A DNA stretch of 62,941 nt, filler included, from Collodictyon triciliatum (Eukaryota): the NCBI GenBank assembly GCA_043381765.1. It is 34 parts of 34 records of this genome, joined end to end, with 100 filler letters (N's around TTAATTAATTAA, not from the genome) between each part and the next. Parts side by side here need not be neighbours in the genome. Positions count along the whole stretch, not along the records: positions 11,168 to 12,926 come from JBHJMP010010283.1; positions 13,027 to 14,783 come from JBHJMP010010284.1; positions 14,884 to 16,640 come from JBHJMP010010285.1; positions 16,741 to 18,496 come from JBHJMP010010286.1; positions 18,597 to 20,355 come from JBHJMP010010287.1; positions 20,456 to 22,210 come from JBHJMP010010288.1; positions 22,311 to 24,065 come from JBHJMP010010289.1; positions 24,166 to 25,919 come from JBHJMP010010290.1; 26 more parts are not named here. One strand, written 5' to 3'. The notes beneath the pieces are model-generated. The model saw only the letters and a list, made by a program, of their open reading frames with translations. It had not been told where the DNA came from and made no database searches. The position numbers were made by a program, and so were the translations under genes. Shown one piece after another: positions 12,411-26,746 of this stretch. Position 1 is the stretch's first letter; the number at the start of each line of letters is the position of its first letter.

Positions 12411-12851
12411 GTCTTCCTAGACTTACGTGCAACTCGGGGTTTTTCCGCGCCAGTGTTGGAACTGAAGAACTGCCTGTTTCATGACTTCCTCATTTCACTT
12501 GTACTATTAATAGTCTAGGGAGGCTATGCGGAGGGGACTCATAGCCGATAAGTGGTTTCATAGATTCTGAAAATAATAGTACCTGTTGGGCTCATATTTT
12601 CGAGATGACAGCATCTTTGAGGCTTTTTTTCGAAATCTGGCAGCCTGATGCACTGTTGATCAAGGATAGTAAAGTGGGCAACACAGTTCTCAAAAGATAT
12701 TTGGAAACGCTCTACGAGCTGGTTTGAACACTTTTCTATTTATAATACCGCATTAATCATAATAATCATAATAATCATCATCATCATCATCATCATAATC
12801 ATAATCATCATCATCATAATCATAATCATAATCATAATCATAATCATAATC

Positions 12852-12926
<75 letters not shown>

Positions 12927-13235
12927 NNNNNNNNNNNNNNNNNNNNNNNNNNNNNNNNNNNNNNNNNNNNTTAATTAATTAANNNNNNNNNNNNNNNNNN
13001 NNNNNNNNNNNNNNNNNNNNNNNNNNCCCTGCACCGCGTTCCGGCGCCGCCGCCCCCCCCCCCCCGCCCCCCCCCCCCCCCCCCCCCCCCCCCACACACA
13101 CACACGCACATACATACACACCTTCCACCCCTTTACCCACATTAAGAACCGATGAGAGCATCTATAGTACTTTCTTGAGGCAAATTAATTTTTATTTGAT
13201 GGAATATAATGCTTTTTTTTTTTTATGTTTCTCAG

Positions 13236-14149
13236 CTTTAGTACTCATCGGATGGTTTTGTCAGTCGGATAAGTGTATATACGGCTTTGGGGTAGCATCC
13301 CTGTGTTTCACAGCCGCCCTTGTTGGTCTGACACCTTCCTTAATACGAAGGAAACCATACGAACCATACTCCCAGCGTGGAAGTTACCAGAGAGTTCCTT
13401 CAGAAGCTGTAATCAAGATATTATCAAATAGTATTTCATATAAAAAAGCATTGACTTGAACATAACTTTGCAATTTTAGCCCTCATTGATTCTTCAACTT
13501 TCTTTACTATGATATATTCTTTGTAATAACAATGAATGGTCATTTTTTTTTATTATATTTCCCTTTTTTTCTTCTTTTTTTTTTTTTTTTTTGCACCCAG
13601 AACATGGATCAATCTGTCTCAGAATCTTCTTCCACAGCTTTTTCAAGAGCATCCCGGTTCCAAGTATGCATACCACTACACTACACTACACTACGCTACA
13701 ATTCAATTCAATTCAATTCAATTCAATTCAATTCAATTCAATTCAATTCAATTCAATACAATTCAATACAATATAATTTAATTCAATAAAATGCATACAC
13801 TAGTACTGCGCACTCCTTTATGATACTAATTACTTGATTCTTGGTTATGATGTAGAATTTTTTTCAAAGATCCTCACCACAAGTTAATTCACCAAATGCT
13901 TTCCAACGAGACATCGAACGGGGACTATCAAGCAAAAATTTTGACCTGAGAGTTAACCTCAGTGAAGGAGATACACGGCCTGGCCTCTCGGAGGCTGATG
14001 AAATTCAGGCTCTGATGAAAGAAAAGGATATAGATTTTGATTCAGCCAGACTCATGCGACAACAGACAAAAATGATAGAGAATGGGATTGATCCATTCAC
14101 AGGAATTCCCATCGATCCAAAGCTGGTCACCTTTTCTAAGACGGCCTAG
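13236..14149 (+). CDS. DUF2015/UPF0357-like protein, spliced, 5' partial
   Basis: Exons 13236-13408, 13601-13663, 13856-14149 join in frame via GT-AG. Last exon reads FQRDIERGLSSKNFDLRVNLSEGDTRPGLSEADEIQALMKEKDIDFDSARLMRQQTKMIENGIDPFTGIPIDPKLVTFS, matching the DUF2015 pattern F..D...GL.S..FDL..N...GD.R.GL...FD.ARL...NGI...G.P.DPK.VTF, preceded by a TM exon. Confidence 0.8.
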
Positions 14150-14436
14150 AGAAGCCACCAGTCCAGGATGATAATAGTGAAAGGCTAAGATGTGTCTGTG
14201 ATTTTACTTGAGTGAATAAATGATTAAAACAATATCTTAGAATTTTCAACATTTAACACAACATTATCACAGGCAAACGCAACAACCAGCGAAGGTTTCC
14301 CTGAATAGCCAATCTAGAAAGACTCATTCTTCAGTGTGCCATAAATAAATCAATCCCTATCATATTTTTTTTTTTTAAAAAAAAAAAAGAAAATAAAGGA
14401 GATTATTCACAGCCAGCAGGGCGGCATGTGAAGGAT

Positions 14437-14783
14437 ATTTTTTTTTTCCTTTATTCGATTCCAAGTGTAGCGAGGTTTTGCCATACAAAGGGGCGGGATG
14501 GGAGCGCATGGGAGAGAGCAAACGCGAGTAAGAGAAGACACAACTGTGGAGAGGGTAGCACTGGAAAGAAATCAGTGATAGCGAGTTGGTCAGGTGGGTG
14601 ACCCAACTGGTTGATTGGTTGTGAGGGTAGTAGTGGTTGGATATGCTGTGGGAGATATTGCACGACACACTTCCCACATCTCTCTTCGCTTGCGGTCAGA
14701 GTAGCGAAGAATGCGAGCGTGTTTCAGCAGGCTGTTCAGGAAGCTGTATTGCACGAGGCTCTCAAGCCTGGATACATTGGTTT
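14437..14783 (-). mobile_element. 3' end of an L1/Tx1-type LINE (ORF2 C-terminus, 3' UTR, AATAAA, poly(A))
   Basis: Frame TNVSRLESLVQYSFLNSLLKHARILRY...GSPT* (stop 14590-14592); AATAAA at 14455-14450 then an A-tract; 14530-14783 is homologous to 43804-44055, which lies downstream of a zf-RVT motif. Confidence 0.8.
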
Positions 14784-15717
14784 NNNNNNNNNNNNNNNNN
14801 NNNNNNNNNNNNNNNNNNNNNNNNNNNTTAATTAATTAANNNNNNNNNNNNNNNNNNNNNNNNNNNNNNNNNNNNNNNNNNNNAGCAGTAGATAAGCTGA
14901 ACAGGGAAGAGATTATCCCGGCTATGCTGGGCAGTAAGAAGTGAACAAGAAATGCCATGAGAACAAGTCCCAAGTACACCCCTAATAGCGAGAGAAAAAT
15001 TATGATAGTGTGCGAATTCCACATTCTTATAGTTTCTTTCCCTTTTGTAGTAAATATCATTGTAATATTCGGTCTGTCACGTATATTTTGCTTCGTTTTG
15101 TTGAATAACCTGTCAGTGGAGATTTAGCAGTCAGAAAATGACGGATTATCAAAAAGCTCACAAAATCAGCTACTAGGAAATATCCCCATAACTTCCGGCT
15201 CAATAATACACACTTCATCAATGACATCCCAAAGATGAGCCAAAATATTGGGACACATTGTGTAAATAACACATAATCAGCCTGCAAATAAGATACGGAA
15301 TTTAAATTGTCGCTGTTTAGATTTTTATGTATTGCTTATGAATCAGATGAATAAATGGATTCAGTATTAACTGGCTTAACTGTGTCATGCCTAAAAGAAA
15401 AGGAATTGCAATGAAAATGGAACAAACGTCACTCCAAATAACTGAAAAAATGGTTTCTGTTGTGCACAACAAGGAGCAGATCATATATCCAAAGACGAGG
15501 TTTCTCCATAAAGCCTTTACAGTGAATTCAAAAAAAAAATAGTATTTTATGATGGACGAGGAAAATATGTGTGGAAAAATTTTTATTTAAAGAAAAAAGT
15601 GGTATTGTCATAAGAATTTCATTTGAGAGCATTCGAATAGGAGTTTTATTGCGTTTGAAAAAAAAAGACATGAAAATAATGCGCATTGAATCAATAGCAA
15701 GAACAGTAATCATGATA

Positions 15718-15818
<101 letters not shown>

Positions 15819-17186
15819 TAAATGCGAGCTACAAAAGATGTAGAGGCCAATTTGATATATCTAAAGAGAGCAACTGCTTTACAATAAAAACTGTCAATGA
15901 AAGAAAAAACACTATGTAAACCTGATCCAGGGGAAGCCGTTGTAGTCTGACAAACTTGTCCAACCAAATCGACAACGACTCACTCCCTAAATTCTTTAAA
16001 GCGATTGTTTTTTTTTAATAGGTAGATAAAATGAAACCAGTAAGCAACGAAATGCGATATAATATGGCGTCCAGAGACTTAGATCGCGCGAGAACAAAAC
16101 CAGAAATAAGCAAACCTGTCGATTTTCACCAGAGTCAAAGTGCCGGATCATCCTGGGTTTGGATCGAAGTGTGCTTATTGGTTTTTTGTCTGTTGTTTGT
16201 TTTGTTTGTTGTTTTGTTGTTTTGTTGTTTTGTTTTCCCAGAATCCTGATTGATAACCTTCTATTTAGCAATCGTGTGACTTTGTTAAATTTTTATTCAA
16301 TATATGTTATTATATGTTTAATTATAATGTAGATGGCAAGAAATAATACACAAATTGGAGATAAACGATTTATATTTATAAATTCCATAAATGAAAGAAC
16401 CCACAACCAAGATTTCGGAACTTGTAGAATCTCGGAAACTCCTTCTTATTCCGGAAAATAGCACACATCCCGATCTATTCCAGCGCATAGAAACAAGCTG
16501 GTTACAAAGAGTCGTGGAACATTACAGCCAGAACCAACAGCAAAAGAAAAGGAAAAAGAAAAGGAAAAAGAAAAGGAAAAAGAAAAGGAAAAAGAAAAGG
16601 AAAAAGAAAAGGAAAAAGAAAAGGAAAAAGAAAAGGAAAANNNNNNNNNNNNNNNNNNNNNNNNNNNNNNNNNNNNNNNNNNNNTTAATTAATTAANNNN
16701 NNNNNNNNNNNNNNNNNNNNNNNNNNNNNNNNNNNNNNNNTGTTTTTTGTTTTTTGTTTTTTGTTTTTTGTTTTTTGTTTTTGTCTTTGTTTGTGTTTGT
16801 GTTTGTTTCGCTCTGGGCTAAACTGGGCGTGTTAAAGGAAAACACACGTAATAATTGTTTAGACCTTCTTTCTCTCTGTTCATTCTCTTGGCGCGTGGGC
16901 TAATCAATTCTATTTAGAGCACTCGCACCAAGTTCTTTCTTTAATATTCATTTCCGTGAAAAAAATAAAGAAGACAAAAATAAATAAAACAAACAAAAGC
17001 AATAATAATAAAGCAAGAAGCCAGGATTCAAGAACCACAGATGAACACACCAGCGACCTAGCCTATGTTTTTTTTTTATCCCTACCCTCTCAACCCTGAC
17101 ATATATCTGTTCCACTTCAGCCGTACTCCGCCATAAGACAATTGCTGTGTCATCTGCTTGGCCGGACTTTTATCATTCCGCAAAAA

Positions 17187-18496
17187 ATGCCGTCGCGTCG
17201 CACATTCATCCAGCTTTTTCTGATAATGGCGATTGTTGTCACTGCCATCCTTGCCATACTAAACTCACGCAGTCGACTTGTGGACCAAGCAAAGCGCTTC
17301 GAAGTGGCCGATGGCTACACAATGCAAGTCCAGGAGGAAGCCAAAGAGCCCATCTCTCTTGAGTCCAACTCACTTCAAACACATACTAAAGACCAAACAC
17401 CCTTCCCCAAAGACACCACAAACACACAGCCGACTATGGTTCCACAGCCTGTCTTAGACACAAGCTTCATGGAACAGTTCGACCATGTCCAGATGAATCA
17501 GAGTCTTGCGGACCTGACCAGGAAAGTCAAGCCAGGAATCAAATCATCTTTGCTTCGGGCGTGGTCATCAGCCATGTTTGAAAATCATCTGCGGTCTGTT
17601 TTACCACAATGGAAGTCATGCGTTCTTCTGTGCTCAAAAAAGAGACTGGTTGAGTTTACTCTCCCCAAAGAATATAATTGCAGCAGTGACCTTTACTGCG
17701 AATTTACGCGCTTGCACACTCACGACTCCCAACTCGTCAAGTTCGAGAGCAGAAAAATTCAATGCAATCCGGAAGATCCACACAAGGCTGTTTGTCCCAC
17801 TTTTTACTCCTCTGATTGTTCCTCTTTTTCTTGGATTCAACGACAAGTGCGCCTTACATTACCATCCAGCAAACTTTATCTGCGTTACATGGACATCACT
17901 CCCTATCCAGGGCATTCATTCAGCATTCACTCTCTTCTTCCATCTCACATTGAAAACCACGCACTTGTTGTTTCCTTCTATTTGCCTAATATACCGTATT
18001 CATCACAATGCAATCGGATTTACTGTGTGTACTCAAACACGGGCTTGAAGCAGTTTGAAGTCTATCCCGCGGTCATCGGAGACGTCAGCTTTGCATATTG
18101 TCCCAATCCATCCGACTCCATATCGCAAAGCCCTCATTCCTTTCTGCAGATTGCATACCACCCAGATTTGATGTCTCTACCACACTCTTTTAAGACTGTC
18201 AACCACATATCTGCCCACAACCTGAAGCAAGTGAAGCTCTCTATATGTGCCATTGTTAGAAAGGAAGGGCCATATTTGATCGAGTGGATTGAGTTCCATC
18301 GAATGATGGGGGTCTCCAGGATTATCCTCTATGACAACAACCCTTTGGAAAGCCCGGATATATTGATGGAAAAGATTATATCGGTCTACGACTCCATCTT
18401 GGTACGTATTCATTGGCCAGCTTCTCATTCGCAGACTGAGGCATATACAGACTGTATCAACCGATTCGGGCCAACCACTAAATGGATGGCTCTCAT
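17187..18496 (+). CDS. Type II membrane glycosyltransferase, GT92/GT2-like (DUF23), 3' partial
   Basis: N-terminal signal anchor (FIQLFLIMAIVVTAILAIL), a stem, then LSICAIVRKEGPYLIEWIEFHRMMGVSRIILYDNN...Q..AY.DC..RF....KWMAL. Confidence 0.85.
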
Positions 18497-20575
18497 NNNN
18501 NNNNNNNNNNNNNNNNNNNNNNNNNNNNNNNNNNNNNNNNTTAATTAATTAANNNNNNNNNNNNNNNNNNNNNNNNNNNNNNNNNNNNNNNNNNNNGTTT
18601 TTTTTTTTGTTTTTTTTTTTGTTTTTTTGTTTGTTTTTTTGTTTGTTTTTTTGTTTGTTTTTTGTTTGTTTTTTTGTTTTTTTTGTTGTTTTTGTTTTTG
18701 TTTTCTAGTTTTCTAGTTTTCTAGTTTTTTTTTTATCAAGTCCGTTGGGCGCAGAAGCGAGGAAGACATAGATGTCAGCCATTTCAGTCTCTTTTCAGAT
18801 CAAACCCTGTCAGAGAAAGTTGCATGAAATCACAATAAGTGCCGCTGCACGCAAACACAGTTTCTGGCTTCTTGGGAGTCGCAATACCTTCTGAACCGCC
18901 CAAGGGTTTGGAGAAAAGAGTGACCCTTCTCTCTTGAGTAATGCTTTTGTTTTCTTTTCCCTCTGTTCTTGTTTTGCCCTTAAAAAAAAAAAGAGAGAGG
19001 TTCTCGACAAGGGACATCATGGCGCATCTCCAACTGCAGCAGAGAATGGACATGAAACAGCGCTCGCTAACTGAATATCGGTATGTAAACCACCCTTTCT
19101 TATGCTTACACGTCTATCACTTTGGCGGGAGCTCCACGTTCCTCTTGAGCCAAGCTGGTTGATAAGGAAGCCTCTGGTGGTTGCGCTCATAATTGATGCT
19201 TCATTCTTTTTGAAATCGTACTTCCTTGCCCATGTAGTTTTGCAACTAGTTTAATCATTTATTTGCCTTTTTAAACTGTTTTGATTTTGATTAGCATTGA
19301 AGTTAAAGCCTGCGAGGTCGATGCATTATCTGCTAATATCGTATCTTTCTTCGAGGTATTCACGAGTCAGTTTGATTGGTTATACTTACACTTCTACCTC
19401 CCCACATAAGCCTCCCGCATCCACTTGCATCCACCACCATTCATTAACGCCAATAAATACACTTGTTTCTCAAGCATAATTATCACTTACGTAAAAGTGG
19501 TTATCGCGCACCCCATAATCTTTTTGCCGTTGCAATAAAAATATATTCCATTCAATTCAGGAACTACTTGACGAACTCTTTGATAAAGCTCTACCTGATT
19601 TGATTGAAGATGGTGTTATTCTTTGTCGGTATGCGACCCTGTCATTATCTACATTTATTATTATCATTGTGTATTTCACTACCGCTTTCAACACCGCGAA
19701 CAGCTTTCCTTCTTTTCATGTTGCTATTGACTTTTAAAAAAAAAACCATGCAGGTGCCTGCAAATTGTCCTGGGAAGCAAGGTGAAATTAAAGTACAATC
19801 AGAAACCGAAGCAACTTTTTCACCGAAATGAGAATCTTACATGCTTCATAAAGAACTGTGAGAAGATTGGAATAAAAATGAAGTTTGACACAAGGTTCTT
19901 ATCGCTTGATTAACAAACCCACCAATAATCTTTCAAATATTACAATCTTAATGTTTTATGAAAGGTATTCAGGACGCAGCGTTTTCATTCTTAAGTATTT
20001 GTATCACCTTGAGTATGAAAATTTAAATAATCATATAGTGCAGTTTTAAGCAAAGGCGACATTAGCACTGCTGTATTCTTTATCAGTGAATTTGCAAAGG
20101 TGTGGTATATGAATACATTTATATATTCTCACAATTATTTTGACGGTGAGATTTATGCCGCAATATAATTTTTTTACCGTCTGGGTATCTTTCTTCCCTT
20201 TTTCTTTTTCTTTTTCTTTTTCTTTTCTTTTCTTTTCTTTTCTTTTTCTTTTTCTTTTTCTTTTTCTTTTCTTTTTCTTTTTCTTTTCTTTTTCTTTTCT
20301 TTTTCTTTTCTTTTTCTTTTCTTTTTCTTTTCTTTTTCTTTATCTTTTTCTTTTCNNNNNNNNNNNNNNNNNNNNNNNNNNNNNNNNNNNNNNNNNNNNT
20401 TAATTAATTAANNNNNNNNNNNNNNNNNNNNNNNNNNNNNNNNNNNNNNNNNNNNATACAATAAAATACAATAAAATACAATAAAATACAATAAAATACA
20501 ATAAAATACAATAAAATACAATAAAATACAATAAAATACAATAAAATACAATAAAATAAAACAAAAAGAAAAGAT

Positions 20576-21630
20576 GTACTTCTCTTTTCCAATGCAGCTT
20601 TTTCTGATTCCAAATTCCTCTTTTTCATCACGGATGGGTGTCCAGAAATGTACTCCTCGACACTAGTTCTATGCGCGGCAAGCTTGGTGGACTCAGACTT
20701 TAAGAGCAATCTGGTAATCATGAGAAACCAGTGAAACACAAGATAAATTCACTTAAACAAACTCATTGACTGCGAGGGAGTAAACGAAACAACATGTTAG
20801 TGGCATTCTGATTTGATAATATAGAGCTGATTACGCTCCGTATGTTTGCGTTATGCATTAACTACCTGAGTTGCGAACACGACAGTTCTAAACGACTCAA
20901 CCGGGACTTACTCCTCGCAAGCACCTCTGTTTCAATATTTACTTCTATGGTGCCCGCAGATGATAAATGAATTTTGGATAATCCATATGATAATACAACT
21001 CATATTTTCTTTTCACTTTTTATGTTATTTTGTACCGCCCACTCGAGCGAGTATGCAAATTATGCGCACCTACCAGCCCTCATCTGTTGCAAAACCTGTT
21101 CGAACAATTTGTCTTCCACCTCAAAAGATGCCACCTCATGCCTTAATCTTTCCAAGGTACCCTTCGTTATATCCAGAGATGCTTTCTCTTTTTTTTAGGC
21201 AGGTTTTTCGATGTATGCAAATGCAGAGATGGTTTTAATTAATGAATCTGGAGGGTATACTCCCCTATTTCAAATCGAATCTAGTTCACCAGCACAGTGT
21301 AAGGCTTTAGAAAAGTAGATGAGCATGATAAAATCGATGCATACGCTTTCCCATCTTTGATTCTAGCTCCTTAATCTTGGTGCGAAGGGTGGCCACGTTC
21401 TGTTCTGCTTCTGTTTTGCTCTCTGAAAAGAAAAAAAACCGCTTAAATGTAATGGCTCTAAAAAAAAAAAAGCGAAGTTATGCAGGAACAAATAGCAATC
21501 AGATATACAAAAGTTAAAAATAACACAGATATGAATGATGTAATCGATGCTCTACAACCTTTCATGTGACTAAGCTCGGACAGGAATTCTTCTCCGAGAA
21601 TCTTCATCATTTCCTGGTCATCCAGGTTCA
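20576..21630 (-). CDS. Coiled-coil protein of unknown function, several exons
   Basis: GT/AG-bounded pieces MNLDDQEMMKILGEEFLSELSHMK, ESKTEAEQNVATLRTKIKELESK, LERLRHEVASFEVEDKLFEQVLQQM, KKRNLESEKAALEKR; exact structure not resolved. Confidence 0.4.
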
Positions 21631-22515
21631 TCCCCTGTCCAATTGTTCTTCTGGAGGCATACCGAATGCAGAGAGAATAAGATAAAGAGAGAAGAGGAGA
21701 GCAGAAGAAAGCGAAGGGATATTTCGCATGGCTGGTAATGGGCAGCGCATAGGCCTCCCCGCGTCCATCTGCAGCATCGCGAATAAGCTTTGAACACCGG
21801 CTGCGGCCACAAGACGAATAAAAAGGGGTTTCCAGACCGCATTCTCAGGAGACTTTTCACCAAACCGCCGAAACCCAATGTGGAAAACCGTGTTCAATCT
21901 ATATCCAATTGCAGTAAAGATCTGATTCAAAAATTCAAATGCTCTGGTCGATCAATTCGATCAATTTCAATCAAAGAAACAGAAAGTCAAAGAGTCTGCT
22001 TTGCCCATTCGCCCCAGCGCCGGGGCCGCATCTAAGCGCGATCCCGGCGAAGGGCATTAATTTTCCTGATCATGGATCGAAGCAAAAGGAAGCAAAAGGA
22101 AGCAAAAGAAAGCCAAAGAAAGCCAAAGAAAGCCAAAGAAAGCCAAAGAAAGCCAAAGAAAGCCAAAGAAAGCCAAAGAAAGCCAAAGAAAGCCAAAGAA
22201 AGCCAAAGAANNNNNNNNNNNNNNNNNNNNNNNNNNNNNNNNNNNNNNNNNNNNTTAATTAATTAANNNNNNNNNNNNNNNNNNNNNNNNNNNNNNNNNN
22301 NNNNNNNNNNTTTTCTTTTAAAAGGTTTTTTTTTTTTTTTATTGTTTTTAAATTTTTTTTTTTTTTTTTTTTTTTTTTGAAAAATGGCGTGCAAATATTC
22401 TGATTCAACAAAAAAAGAGAAAAAATAGAAAAGGAATAATTCAATAAATAAATTAATAGAAGAGGTTAAAAAAGGAGAAAGAAGTAGAAAAAAAAAAGAA
22501 AGCAGAATGGCTTAC

Positions 22516-23938
22516 TCATAGAGGGTAATTGTTTTGATGATGGACCCCATAGGCATTCTCTGTCCCATCTGAGACTTCATCGCAGGAAGTGGTGGCTGGA
22601 ATTGTATCTTGTTGTACAAAGCGGGTGGTATGGCCATTACTATCCTTTTAGCGATAAACTGCTTCCCATTTGAGGTGGTCACCTGCAGTACCATAATATT
22701 CATCGTGGGTAACACATGACAAAAGAATTTAGCCCGATGGTCGTTTTTGCCAAGGAATCTCTATTTAGATACATACAAGACTCCGAGAAACATACCTTCA
22801 CTTTTCCATGCACTTGTGTGATTTTGATCACAGGATGGTTGAAAATTACACCACCTTTTAGTTTAGCAGCCAATCCGTTCGATAAGGCTTGTGACCCAAC
22901 AACAAACTTACGCTCTTGGGCCCCTACAAAATAAATACAATCACAATATTAATTTCCACTATTATATAGAATGTATTTGTTTGTCATCATACTGATATTT
23001 CTTTTTCTTTATTCGATTCAAATAACAATATTTCATTTTTTTTTTTAAAAAAAATTCACAGAATACTCGATGCAGATTGGATTAGGAATCCACTCTTATT
23101 TTGAAAAGTCAAGAATTAGTCCTTTTTTATTTGTTGATATAATACTGAATGATTCTTAAATGCATTCAATTATTGGTCATTTCATATGAACGGGATTATC
23201 ATCAATGAACTAGATGAACCCTTCCTTCCCTTGAATCGAATAAAGGGGGAAAATCATTGAACTAGATGGCCCACCATTTTCGACGGCGGCCAACCTAACG
23301 ATTCCGTTTCCTGAATGACAATACCATAGAATAGCCAAAAAAGAAAGCTCACATGGTTCAGCACAAAACAGAGAGCGCATTGCGTTTCCAAGGATTGTGC
23401 TGGCATCCTTGCGAATATAATTGGTATTTTAAAAGGTGGCATAGAACATCTCTAAAAAAAAAAAAAAAAAAGAATGGAGAAAGATTTCGCTGATGAACTG
23501 AACAAGACATATGCAGTAGTTGTTTTCTGTAATAAAGAAAATCGTTTTGGCATAGAAAAAAGTACCATGTGATAAAATAATTATTCGAAGGTTTGAATTC
23601 CTACCTTCGAATAAGAGTTATCATCTAACCATTGCTGAAAAGTGATGCTGTCCCATTTTTCGGCATCTCTAAAAATATTTTTAGGATGAAAAATGTGAAC
23701 TGTGTTCATAAGTTCAGTTAGGTTTTTTTTTTAGAGCATTTTAAATAATTAATAGTATTTACTTCTGAAATTGTTCGAAAAATTAAAATATGGATACAAG
23801 AAAGTCTGATAGAATTCATAAAGTGCTACTTGGCTTTCCACGGTTCAGTCAACGGAATCTCTTTGGCCATCTCATCAATTCTAACCATCAGATGATTAAG
23901 ATCCAACAAAGCGATCAGATTTATCTTTGGTATCAACC
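22516..23938 (-). CDS. MAO: Flavin monoamine oxidase, internal exons
   Basis: Exons give GLIPKINLIALLDLNHLMVRIDEMAKEIPLTEPWKAK/DAEKWDSITFQQWLDD/..FCAEPCELSFLAILWYCHSGNGIVRLAAVENG/GAQERKFVVGSQALS../..AIPPALYNKIQFQPPLP..QRMPMGSIIK, collinear with MAO-A/B motifs. Confidence 0.92.
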
Positions 23939-23979
23939 CTACGAAAGAGGTTTGTCCAATATCACTCAAAATTCATACA

Positions 23980-24059
<80 letters not shown>

Positions 24060-25817
24060 AAAGAANNNNNNNNNNNNNNNNNNNNNNNNNNNNNNNNNNN
24101 NNNNNNNNNTTAATTAATTAANNNNNNNNNNNNNNNNNNNNNNNNNNNNNNNNNNNNNNNNNNNNAAAGAAAAAGAAAAAGAAAAAGAAAAAGAAAAAGA
24201 AAAAGAAAAAGAAAAAGAAAAAGAAAAAGAAAAAGAAAAAGAAAAAGAAAAAGAAAGAGAAAGAAAGAAAGAAAGAAAGTAGGGCGAAAAAGAAGGAGGG
24301 AAAATAGCTGAAAGCCAAAAAAACAAGAGTTTTTTTTTATTAGGTATATGGAGCGATTCCTGTTAGATGGAGTCCGAGCGCAGGTGCAGATGGGTTTGTT
24401 GTGGGACACTTTCTTTCTTTCGTGTCCGCACCGCTGATTGTCGAAGGACGATTCGCTTTCGCTTTTGCTTCCAGGAAAGGCCATGAATCGGGACAATCTC
24501 AGGATGGGGATTTTTCCATGTACATAAAGTCGAAAATTATAAATCTGGAAAGTATACTAATTCATTGTCACAGGCCGCGTTTGCTCAATGCCCCCAAACA
24601 CAAAGATACAAAAACAAACACATAAACACCCAGACACAGACCGACACATAAACAAACATCTTGGCCGATTCTTACATACACACAAATTCAGGTTTATTAT
24701 ACCCTGTATTTGGTTCTGAATGCATTCGGATTCTTGGTGATGGTTCGGGATATTATTGTATGGGTATGTGCACGCATTCATTTTTTTTTTCCCAGTGAGA
24801 TGAAACATCCTTATCTCGTGGGATAATTTTCATTCACGAAGCAAACACTTCAGGTTTTGTGCCTCGGCGCAGGAGGGAAAAAAGAAAAAGAAAAAAAGAA
24901 TCATGACATTTGTGTGATTGAAAGAGGAATGTTAAATTCTGAACAGGACAGACCGCAAAACCTAACAATATCACGCCATCGGGGATGGCATAGACGAAGG
25001 CGTGAAACTCATTCGTAGTTTGAAAGGGATTGTGATCGTAATGAGGGAGAGTAGTATTCACTTCGCGTAGCACATAGCGGAGAGTCTCGCCCACTTTGTA
25101 CGATTTTTTCTCTCGGAGAGGAATACTTGCGCAGGGAAGGCGAAGACCGACCACCAGATGAACGGATGATAGGAGCCTTAGTGTGATAATCGGGCAATTA
25201 GTATTAGTAAAGTCGATGGCGGCATTTTCTTCTTCATTTCCCCCTCAGTCTACAAATTGAAAGTTAATGATTGTCAAAATATTGCTAGGAGCTATGCACC
25301 CACAAAACTTACAACAGATTCAATTTGCCTCGAAGGTGCGCTTTGAGGCCCGATATTGTCAATACTGGACTCCATTTCATGAGGCCGCTCAATGATATCA
25401 TTCTGGCTGGCTGCAAATGACAGAATACTACCAGTGTTGGAAAAAGTATATGACATGTTGGTTGATTCTGTTATTGATGTGTTGGACCCTGTCAACGAAT
25501 ATTGAGTGGACCCAGCCATGTCTTCGCCAGCATGAGCCATATCTTGTTCCATGCTGCTTCCGAGGCTCAAAGACCTGCGCCGAAAGAATGCCGACCCACT
25601 TGGAATCGTGCGAATTTGTCCATCACGGCTACGTAAGTAAATTCATATTTAACAACAGCGTGCAACGATAAAAATTTTCTAAAAGCCAAATCTATCACAA
25701 TTTTTTTCAGTCTCAAAATCAGGGTTAATATATGAATGAAAGGTGGAGTTTTGAGTCGCGGATACGTTATTAATAACCAAAAGGCATTAGAAAATATATG
25801 ATGAAGCATAAATGTCT

Positions 25818-25919
25818 CAATTACATAAAATAATTACATAAAATAATTACATAAAATAATTACATAAAATAATTACATAAAATAATTACATAAAATAATT
25901 ACATAAAATAATTACATAA
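25818..25919 (+). repeat. (ATTACATAAAATA)n 13-nt tandem repeat
   Basis: About 8 copies at the contig end. Confidence 0.9.
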
Positions 25920-26673
25920 NNNNNNNNNNNNNNNNNNNNNNNNNNNNNNNNNNNNNNNNNNNNTTAATTAATTAANNNNNNNNNNNNNNNNNNNNNNNNN
26001 NNNNNNNNNNNNNNNNNNNGTTTTTTGTTTGTTGTTTGTTGTTTGTTGTTTGTTGTTTGTTGTTTGTTGTTTGTTGTTTGTTGTTTGTTGTTTGTTGTTT
26101 GTTGTTTGTTGTTTGTTGTTTGTTGGAGTCTAAGCAGACTTCTAGGGAATCTCGCGTTTGCTTATTTCTTCGTTTCCCACATCCACACAATACAAGTACA
26201 AGCAAAGCATGAAATACCAAATCGTATGCAAGACCACCGATCGCAGTCTCGCCATGTTTTCACCGCCAAATCCTCAAAAATCTCGTCAATACTTATATTC
26301 CCAGCATTAAGAAAGCCCGGATGGCATTAGAGTAGTATAGCTCCTTGGTACCTCAAAGGGCTGACCTTAGCCTCGTTAATAAGCCATGACTAATACTTAT
26401 ACACACACTTGCAGCGATACTAATACAAAACCGAGGGGAAAGAAAACATTAAAGCCGATAAGTAAATCATACTCACACATCGCAACTGAAGTCGGCATTG
26501 GATATATCCTTGTAAAATATCGATACCAAGCATACATTTATATCTACTAGGAGGAGTATACCATAAAATCTTGGGGACTGATGCAGAGAACTTCCTGCGA
26601 ACTTAGAAATCTTCCTGCAGATTCAGATTATATATAAATGAAATATGTTATTTTCGTCGGAAAACACAGGTCA

Positions 26674-26746
26674 GGGGGTGTAGCTCAGATGGTAGAGCGC
26701 TCGCTTAGCATGCGAGAGGTAACGGGATCGATGCCCGTCACCTCCA
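26674..26746 (+). tRNA. tRNA-Ala(AGC), eukaryotic
   Basis: Acceptor GGGGGTG/CACCTCC with the G3:U70 Ala identity pair, anticodon arm CTCGC-TTAGCAT-GCGAG, T-loop ATCGATG (eukaryotic Ala type), no encoded CCA, TTTT Pol III terminator just downstream, TATATAAA upstream. Confidence 0.97.
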
